Shown in pieces: positions 58,001 through 64,000 of a stretch of 64,000 bases of DNA (position 1 is its first letter; each line of letters begins with the position of its first letter). The translations under genes and the position numbers were made by a program. Under the pieces are notes generated by a model that searched no databases, was not told the origin of the DNA, and was given only the letters and a program-made list of their open reading frames with translations. This stretch comes from Candidatus Moraniibacteriota bacterium. GTDB taxonomy: Bacteria; Patescibacteriota; Minisyncoccia; Moranbacterales; UBA1568. The stretch lies in NCBI GenBank assembly GCA_028711705.1, contig JAQTRS010000001.1:98761-162760 (forward strand), in the 5' to 3' direction.

Positions 58001-58425
58001 CCAATATGCTCGACATCCTGCAGAAGGTCTTGCAGAAAAAAGGGGTCGAGCATCTCTACCTTTCCGGAAAGACCAAGAACCGCAAAGAGCTCGTGGAAGA
58101 ATTCAATACCAGCACCGCCAAGAAAGTCTTCCTCATCAGCCTCAAGGCCGGAGGGACGGGACTTAACCTCACTTCCGCCGACAATGTGATCATCTTCGAC
58201 CCGTGGTGGAATACGAGCGTCGAGAATCAGGCCGTCGACCGCGCCCACCGCATGGGACAGACCAAGTCCGTCAATGTCTACCGCCTCGTCACCAAAGGCA
58301 CCATCGAAGAGAAGATTCTCAAACTGCAGGAAAAGAAACAATTCCTCTTCGACAATCTGGTCAATGAGAATAAGGAACTGTTCAAGAATATCACCTGGAG
58401 CGATATCAAAGAACTCTTCGTATAA
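55054..58425 (+). CDS. SWIM zinc-finger SNF2-family helicase/ATPase
   Basis: CSC...CKH SWIM; LADDMGLGKT, DEAQ, LTGTPLEN, LRRTK, VFSQF, SLKAGG.GLNL, QA.DRAHR.GQ; terminator at 58429-58464. Confidence 0.95.
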   Translation: MSEIPFNKQKLTDQLRSFFGGVMFHSGREFLEQNTAPNISVIKTNSPEKIQIEATIRDGSEHKTSLKFNFQTGQFSHSRCSCPYDWTTCKHAAALGLSFVQNAETLLNSEDAIDSKLTETNHRSKPKKAQAAQSVHINKNALELRKISGPSTVSSSTGYYLVIGTRYSLSIDIYLNTEGVWNSWPISPETILQSKEHRPTAKQKVLFEFLCTARSQEGAIDLGNLFSLLRDSDLPVYLGKKSKKNSLVFTDAPKKIAATLYAKQSPRAGFVGSAPHTDFVLRIDEPLYAESIVYSFFGKNHLILIREKKRSIEIHPLSSDLSTLVAAITQEARDNAYSYENTAHTDGSYQWETVLDEKNILDINRIITDSQEAFDLETTLTPNFYTELSDIAAPLISVDYDNTKHTLVVRALIDYGFFKIDIASTIYKSMQGGKTGFKRSLISGREKYHIAVDGNIIRYAPIDHEKEANLFKKFHSDNRYGFTKRIKCVRSGSKNITDYHKNHWPHVQKLGHAIEYTRHELDFFEESFKADVRVDMDAQNDWLTFDVNCYCGKDRVTLEDLKRYIHNKEEFIRMEDGRLMRVSNTKDLERFVLMLESFYQKENDRFEGRAYHAPELENIFTNSPYYNTKIEKSFQKFMKEAQSGRPIEKVKLPASVQKTLRKYQKEGVHWMHFLRKYRFAGILADDMGLGKTLQTLTLLEMNKKTDKPSIVICPKTLLFNWEQETAKFFPNIKTLLIEGTPKERAEKIRHIAEYDLIITSYPSIKKDFPTYDKLGIRFHYCFIDEAQFMKNHKTQNAQVVKRIPADYRLALTGTPLENNVSEIWSIFDFLMPGFLGNYATFVKKFQTPIMKNNDARALNELQKKVSCFMLRRTKEKVLKELPPKVEQTFGCELEEAQNVLYQEILANVKSNIFQTVQEKGFAKSQIHILAGLTKLRQVCNHPALLLKDEDFEAYESAKLKIFEELIDEIISSNRKVLVFSQFTNMLDILQKVLQKKGVEHLYLSGKTKNRKELVEEFNTSTAKKVFLISLKAGGTGLNLTSADNVIIFDPWWNTSVENQAVDRAHRMGQTKSVNVYRLVTKGTIEEKILKLQEKKQFLFDNLVNENKELFKNITWSDIKELFV

Positions 58426-58483
58426 GTTAAAACCGGCCAGACGATTTATCGTAAAGCCGGTTTTCTGACTGCGCGTACATCGG

Positions 58484-60022
58484 TCAGAAGCGATAGACAC
58501 TCACCTGGCCGCGAACTGCCGGGTTACTGACGCGCTCCATGGTCTTTTCGATAAGCTTCATCGCGTCATGGGAAACGAAGGTATCATCGTTATCCGAAAG
58601 GATGATCCAGCCGTGCGGATACTGCGCCAGTATGCCCTGCAGGCGCTCGAGCGTGAGCTTGTCCTTGGTCGCCTCACCGCCGATATTCTCGATGTGTGCG
58701 TGCGCGCCGGAAACATAGTAGCTACGCAGATCGCGCGTGATCAGGATATCTTCCACGCTGCGATTCTTCATGAAATAGCCGAACACTTTCTTGTACTGGG
58801 GATTATCCGACTGCGATGTCTGCGCATAGGTGTTATCGCTTTGGAAAAAATAGCCGTAATTCGGAAGCAGGAAAAGGCTCAGGACCAGGGCGGCCGCAAA
58901 GGTTTTCTTGCCGAATCCCGGCATATGCTTTTCGAAAAATCTGGCCACAGCATACACGCCGATCGCCACAAGCATTATCTTGAAGGGTTGCGCGAACGAG
59001 ATGTATTGCTCGCCGACATTCCTACGCCACATGAAGACCGCCATAAAAAGCGGCGTCAGAAACGACAGTGCAAGCCACAGACCCTCTTTGGTGAATTTTT
59101 CCTGGCGAATCATATATCCAACGCCGGCCGCCAGAAAAATCATCGCCAAAAGCGGCTGACTATAATCTTTCAGCACGATTTCGAAATAGCCATAGTGATT
59201 ATCCGGAAACGAGAAGGAGCTCGCCAAAAGCGCATAGGCTTCCGATGCGAAAAGCTGCAACCCGATAACGCCCGCTGCAAACCCGATGATGATGCACAGG
59301 TACTTATTGAATTGCCAGCCGCTCGTACGCACCGAAAGGATTGCCTGCACGATCGCATAGAAGAGGACGATAAAAACGATATTGGCGGTCAGAAGATGCA
59401 GATGCAGACTCAAGAGTCCCAAAACAATGGCGGGAATCACATACGCCAAGTTCAATCCGAATCGCTTCTGCATGGCGCGGAGCCAGCGTATCTTTCCCTG
59501 ATACCGCTCTTCCAAGACGCGATAGGTCATCCACGAAAACGTCAGGAACACCGAAACGAACATCGCATACATACGCAAGCGCCTGTCCATCACCAATGCC
59601 GAGATACTGACGGCATACAGGAAGGCGGCTATAAGACCGATTTCCTTGCGCTTGGTGAAAGAGACTGTCATATAAAATACCAGCAGCACCGTCACCACTC
59701 CCCACAGGGCGCTCACCGATCGCGCCGTTGCCTCTGTCGGAGGAAGGATACGAAAGAGTTGCGCCACCTGCCACTTATAGGCGAAAGCGCGCTCATCACG
59801 GGCGATATTGGCATTTTCAGCCGTATCGGGACGCTCGAAATCAAAATCCCACGCCTGCCATTCCCCTGTCTTGAAGTAGCCATAGGAGGCATTGATATCC
59901 AAGAATTCATCCGCCACGAACGAGGTCGCACCCAAGGCAAAGAATCGTAAGAAAGCCCCGACCAACACTACCGCCACCAGCACCTTCTTCCAATCCCTGA
60001 AAAAATTCACTATAGTCATCAT
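58484..60022 (-). CDS. GT-C (ArnT/PMT-like) membrane glycosyltransferase
   Basis: LR...LG..S...DE first loop, R..SA..G, R..RMY, many TMs. Confidence 0.85.
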   Translation of the reverse strand: MMTIVNFFRDWKKVLVAVVLVGAFLRFFALGATSFVADEFLDINASYGYFKTGEWQAWDFDFERPDTAENANIARDERAFAYKWQVAQLFRILPPTEATARSVSALWGVVTVLLVFYMTVSFTKRKEIGLIAAFLYAVSISALVMDRRLRMYAMFVSVFLTFSWMTYRVLEERYQGKIRWLRAMQKRFGLNLAYVIPAIVLGLLSLHLHLLTANIVFIVLFYAIVQAILSVRTSGWQFNKYLCIIIGFAAGVIGLQLFASEAYALLASSFSFPDNHYGYFEIVLKDYSQPLLAMIFLAAGVGYMIRQEKFTKEGLWLALSFLTPLFMAVFMWRRNVGEQYISFAQPFKIMLVAIGVYAVARFFEKHMPGFGKKTFAAALVLSLFLLPNYGYFFQSDNTYAQTSQSDNPQYKKVFGYFMKNRSVEDILITRDLRSYYVSGAHAHIENIGGEATKDKLTLERLQGILAQYPHGWIILSDNDDTFVSHDAMKLIEKTMERVSNPAVRGQVSVYRF

Positions 60023-60045
60023 ATGCGGTTTACAAATAAATAATC

Positions 60046-61842
60046 CTACTCCCCCTCCTCATCGACAGGCTCGTCATCCGCGGATCCGCCCTGATGATTC
60101 CACCACTCGCTCCAGGTGTAGCGCTCGGGAACACCGGGCGCTGATGCGCTGCTTGACGCCTTCGCCTCGAATACCTGGCGCTTTCCGGTCACCGCTCCCG
60201 TTTTTGGCTGCAATTGGATGATTGTCAACGTGCCGAATGCTTTCCGGTCTATCACATCGTACACGGACGAGTATTTCGCGTTCAGCATTTCCGTATGGCC
60301 CGAACCCGTACGGAACACGAGAAAATAGTTCCCCTCAGCATACACGCCGCCGCTGAAACCGACAACATCGTTTTGCATGCCGCGGCGCTCCATAAGATAC
60401 TTAAGCCCCCGCCTATACTCCGGCTCGCTGAACATATATATCGGATACCCGTTCTTCGTTTGGAATGACTGCATATAGCTCACCACCTGCTCTTGCTGCT
60501 CCAGCGTGACGCGGGCCTTTTCCTTGAGTATCCGATCCGGCACTATGGCAACATTCTCAAACGAAGCCCGCTCCAGCTCGCGGAGGCGCTGCGTGACGAA
60601 GAACGTGTTGGAAACGATGAAAAGAAGCAATCCCAGCCACAAGACACGTGTCGCCATCACGGAGTATCTCCCGATATATCTTCTGATCTCAGCAAAGATC
60701 AGTCCGAGAAAAAGGAATGGGAAGGGCGTCACAAGCAGAAAAAATCGCGGGGAGAAATCATACGATAACGGGAGGAACAAGGCAAAGCATGCGCCCAGCC
60801 AGAGCATCGAAAGCGACAGGAAGTCCTTTTTGCGAACCTGCGTCTCCATCCACCACGCATGAAACAGCAGCACGATTCCCGATACGAATAGCAAAAGCGC
60901 TGTCAAAGCGGAAGCGAAATGCGTATGACACTCATCGCTGCAGGTCAATTCGAAATCAAAATTCCCTTTGCTCGCAAACTGCCCCATCGCGGATTCCTCA
61001 TGACCGGTCAATATCAGCCAGTATCCCAAGGCATGATTGGTGGTATTACGCACCAATTGCTCTGCGAACGTGTGATCCGATTTATTGGATTTCCCCTGCA
61101 CCGCCTGCAGGAATTCCTGCGTATTGGCACCGCCGGTGATGGTTTCGTTCAGGATCATCGGGACATACAAGGCGATAACGATCGCTATCGCCGCAAGCCA
61201 CACCTTAAGCGAAAAGCGCGGCCGCTTCATAAGCAAAAACGCACCGACGATAATCGGAAGCGAAACGAAAGCAAGAAAATGCAGATGCGTCGCGAATCCG
61301 AGTAAGAATGCCGACCCTGCAAGCCAACGCCCGCGATGAGCATCGCTTGTATCGACCGCCCGAAGCAGCGCATACATACCAAACAGCATGAAAAACGGCA
61401 ACGGGTTCGGATTCCACGAAAAGCGTCCGTAGAGCACCAAAAAGGCCGAGACCGAAAACAGGAGCGTCAGTCCCAGAGCGATCCGGAACGGCAGATATCT
61501 CCGTATAAAGGCATAGAACACAAGGATCGATGCGATGGACAGCAATGCGATGAGAGCGACCCGTCCTCCGGGGGTATTGCCGAACACCATTGCGCTTACG
61601 TATTCCAAATAATAAAAACCTGGGCCGAGGCGCAAAAATGTCCCGCCGGCCCGGGGCCCGAGCAGCGGCAGGCTTCCGGGGCCATCATTGACCGCCAGAT
61701 CGATAACCCTCGCATCCCGTGCCTGATCGATCTCGAAATGCAGCCAATCGGACACATGATACAGACGCAAAAACGCGCCCAAACAAAGGATGAGAGCCAG
61801 GGAAATCAAGATACTTTTGCGACGTGAAAAAAATTCCTCCAC
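60046..61842 (-). CDS. GT-C (ArnT/PMT-like) membrane glycosyltransferase
   Basis: FLRLY......F..DQARD, PLLGP, LGP.FYY, RFSWNPN. Confidence 0.85.
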   Translation of the reverse strand: MEEFFSRRKSILISLALILCLGAFLRLYHVSDWLHFEIDQARDARVIDLAVNDGPGSLPLLGPRAGGTFLRLGPGFYYLEYVSAMVFGNTPGGRVALIALLSIASILVFYAFIRRYLPFRIALGLTLLFSVSAFLVLYGRFSWNPNPLPFFMLFGMYALLRAVDTSDAHRGRWLAGSAFLLGFATHLHFLAFVSLPIIVGAFLLMKRPRFSLKVWLAAIAIVIALYVPMILNETITGGANTQEFLQAVQGKSNKSDHTFAEQLVRNTTNHALGYWLILTGHEESAMGQFASKGNFDFELTCSDECHTHFASALTALLLFVSGIVLLFHAWWMETQVRKKDFLSLSMLWLGACFALFLPLSYDFSPRFFLLVTPFPFLFLGLIFAEIRRYIGRYSVMATRVLWLGLLLFIVSNTFFVTQRLRELERASFENVAIVPDRILKEKARVTLEQQEQVVSYMQSFQTKNGYPIYMFSEPEYRRGLKYLMERRGMQNDVVGFSGGVYAEGNYFLVFRTGSGHTEMLNAKYSSVYDVIDRKAFGTLTIIQLQPKTGAVTGKRQVFEAKASSSASAPGVPERYTWSEWWNHQGGSADDEPVDEEGE

Positions 61843-61927
61843 TTTCTTTTTTTAGCTTTTTAGACTAGAATACAGTTATCTTTTATGGTTCTATTATAAA
61901 CGAATTCCTAATCTTTGTCGAAAAAAT

Positions 61928-64000
61928 ATGAGCACCATGTTTCAGCGTACGGAGCACAAAATCCTCGCGACGCTTGCGGGATTACTTGGCCTAAATACGG
62001 TATTTTTTATAGTGCGTGAAATCGAACCGCTCAATTTTCTCGTCATCACCCAAGACACCCATATCTTCTACCTTATCTACGCCGCCCTGGGCATCATGAC
62101 CGCCGGAACGATCGCCTTCTATGCCGAATCCGTCCGTTGGCGCGAATGGATCACCAAAAAACTCCTCGTCTTTTTCCCTACCGCCTTTTTGCTCATTTTC
62201 GGCCTTTTCGAATCGAAACATTTCCACTACATCTTCCAAATCTTCGTCGGGTTCTACATCATCACTGCCGGACTCGTGCTCATCAGCCTGTATCATACCA
62301 CCATCGCGAAGACCCGCAAAGAGACGGCTCCGCTGGGCGCAAGGCAATGGTTCCGCAAGCAAAAGACCGCCACGCTGGTGCTCCTCACCTTGCTCGTCGC
62401 CGTGAACCTCGGCTTCGGCACCTACCGTATCGCTCAATTCGCGGCCGTCGATGAGGCGCTCTGGACATTCGGGAAGCGTATCAGCAAGTACTGGAACAAT
62501 ATCAGCGAACGGGAATGGAGCAAAACGACCGTCAGCGACAAGCCGGGCGTGACCGTCGCCATCATCTCGGGCGCCGGACTGATTTTCGAGGACCCCAAAG
62601 ACTTCAAACCGGTCAAATCGACCGGCACGACGCTGCATCCCAAGGACGATATCACCAAGATGAATTTCGCCCTGCGGTTCCCTATCCTCCTGTTCACCTC
62701 GCTCATGCTACCGGTATTCTATTTCTTCCTTGAAAGACTCTTTGGGAGAAGGAAGGCGCTCATATCGACCATCCTTATCGGCACGTCGCCCATCCTTTTG
62801 GGCATGGCGCGCATCATCAACCCGGATTCCATCCTCTGGGTATTCGCCCCGCTTTCGATGATAAGCTACCTCGCCTTCCTGAAACGGCGCAATCTCCATT
62901 ACCTCTACTGGACCGGCATCTTCCTCGGTCTCGCGCTGCTCACCAAGTACGTCGCCAATATCCTCTTCATCTTTTTCTTTGCGCTCATCTTCCTCGAATA
63001 CCTCTTGACCGACAAGGAAACGAGAAAGACTCTCGATTTTTCCGACTATATGAAGCAATCCTTCCTACGCTACGCGATCATCACCTTCATCGCCCTCGCC
63101 GTATTCTATATCCCGTATCCGGCCGCCTGGGTCAAACCGTCCAAACTCCTCAACGCGACACTCCTCAGTCAGGCCTTCGAAAGCACCTGGCCGCTCTTCA
63201 TCGGCTGCCTTTCCTTCATCCTCATCGATCAGTGGGCTCTCAAAAACAGGGTCACCAAGGGTATTCTCGACGCCATCGCCGACAAAAAGCAGTGGCTATC
63301 CGTGGTCATCCTTTCCCTGTTCTCCGCATCGGTGCTCTTCGCGATCGTCAACACCCTGGGCCATATGCAATGGTATAATTTCCCGGAAATCCTCGCTTCT
63401 CCGAAATCCTCCTATCTGACCGCCGGGTTCACGGGCGTCTTTCTCACCAATTTCTACCCGCTCCTTTTCGGCATCCATCCGTTGGCGCTCATCGCCATCA
63501 TCGCGCTCACCTTCTTCCTCTATAAAAACTCCAAACAACTCACCCACACCTATCAATCCAGCCTCTACCTCATCCTCTTCATCCTCCTCTACTATCTAGG
63601 CACCACCATCAATCATGTCGCAACCATTTTCCGCTACCAAATCATGCTCTTCCCGATCATATTGATTCTTGCCGGCATCGCGCTCGCCACGTTCTTCAGG
63701 ATAGCGGAGAAACAATATCCGCGTATCAGCTTCAATGTCAGCGCACTCATCACGCTTATCATCGCCGCCTCATCGCTTTGGCTCTCATCCCCGCTCCACC
63801 TCGGGTATGCCTCCGGACTTCTCCCTCATCGATACCATATCGATATCAAGGACATGGGCACGGGAAGCTATGAGGCCGCCGCCTTCCTCAACACCCTTCC
63901 TGACGCCAAAAACATCACCATTTGGTCGGATAAGAACGGCGTCTGCACCTTCTTCGTCGGAAATTGCTACAGCAGCTTCAATTTCTCGAACCTCAAGAAC
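61928..64000 (+). CDS. GT-C (PMT_2-like) membrane glycosyltransferase, runs off the right edge
   Basis: Not in the ORF track (no stop in window). ATG 61928 MSTMFQRTEHKILA...; VDEALW, SDKPG, RFP, P..LGM.RIINPDS, LTKY. Confidence 0.85.
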   Translation, partial: MSTMFQRTEHKILATLAGLLGLNTVFFIVREIEPLNFLVITQDTHIFYLIYAALGIMTAGTIAFYAESVRWREWITKKLLVFFPTAFLLIFGLFESKHFHYIFQIFVGFYIITAGLVLISLYHTTIAKTRKETAPLGARQWFRKQKTATLVLLTLLVAVNLGFGTYRIAQFAAVDEALWTFGKRISKYWNNISEREWSKTTVSDKPGVTVAIISGAGLIFEDPKDFKPVKSTGTTLHPKDDITKMNFALRFPILLFTSLMLPVFYFFLERLFGRRKALISTILIGTSPILLGMARIINPDSILWVFAPLSMISYLAFLKRRNLHYLYWTGIFLGLALLTKYVANILFIFFFALIFLEYLLTDKETRKTLDFSDYMKQSFLRYAIITFIALAVFYIPYPAAWVKPSKLLNATLLSQAFESTWPLFIGCLSFILIDQWALKNRVTKGILDAIADKKQWLSVVILSLFSASVLFAIVNTLGHMQWYNFPEILASPKSSYLTAGFTGVFLTNFYPLLFGIHPLALIAIIALTFFLYKNSKQLTHTYQSSLYLILFILLYYLGTTINHVATIFRYQIMLFPIILILAGIALATFFRIAEKQYPRISFNVSALITLIIAASSLWLSSPLHLGYASGLLPHRYHIDIKDMGTGSYEAAAFLNTLPDAKNITIWSDKNGVCTFFVGNCYSSFNFSNLKN

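Noticed and set aside
58568-59950. Long antisense ORFs (also 22098-23147, 28215-29243, 37026-38120, 56215-57303, 18708-19607)
   Set aside because: Shadow frames opposite well-supported genes, explained by codon bias; no motifs.
1-64000. CRISPR array, integrase, transposase, prophage or rRNA
   Set aside because: No regularly spaced repeats and no recognisable recombinase, transposase, phage structural or rRNA sequence seen.

Overview
Chromosomal segment of a small-genome bacterium using code 11. Leaderless or SD-less core genes, short HrcA, GH130 pairs and several GT-C glycosyltransferases suggest Patescibacteria/CPR, probably Parcubacteria; this taxonomy is inference. Left to right: a ~10 kb CsoR-type copper resistance cluster (1-9987); a pseudouridine synthase, an ABC-F ATPase and a GH130/phosphomannose isomerase cluster; gene remnants beside tRNA-Gln; ftsX-ftsE-prfB (+1 frameshift), tRNA-Thr, DsbA and small conserved genes; hrcA-grpE...dnaK with two CIRCE operators, separated by ~3.8 kb of accessory DNA; yidD, corA, cysS, dnaB, recR; a surface-glycan locus containing a divergent RtcB and a dTMP-kinase-like gene; a SWIM-SNF2 ATPase; and three GT-C glycosyltransferases. 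The best candidate for an undescribed system is a self-contained unit at 32331-33430: sigma70 promoter, SD, a very small 236-aa retron-like reverse transcriptase, then a ~260-nt structured RNA DOWNSTREAM of the RT closed by a long-range inverted repeat, then an intrinsic terminator, with no effector gene in the unit. Other notable items: a CruR/CutF-like proline-motif leader protein plus an RNA switch ahead of the copper operon; a 69-nt palindromic repeat inserted in-frame in three unrelated proteins; an RtcB paralog inside the glycan locus; and solitary orphan genes with strong SD sites scattered among SD-less core genes. All RNA structures were folded by eye and all family assignments come from motif recognition, not database searches.
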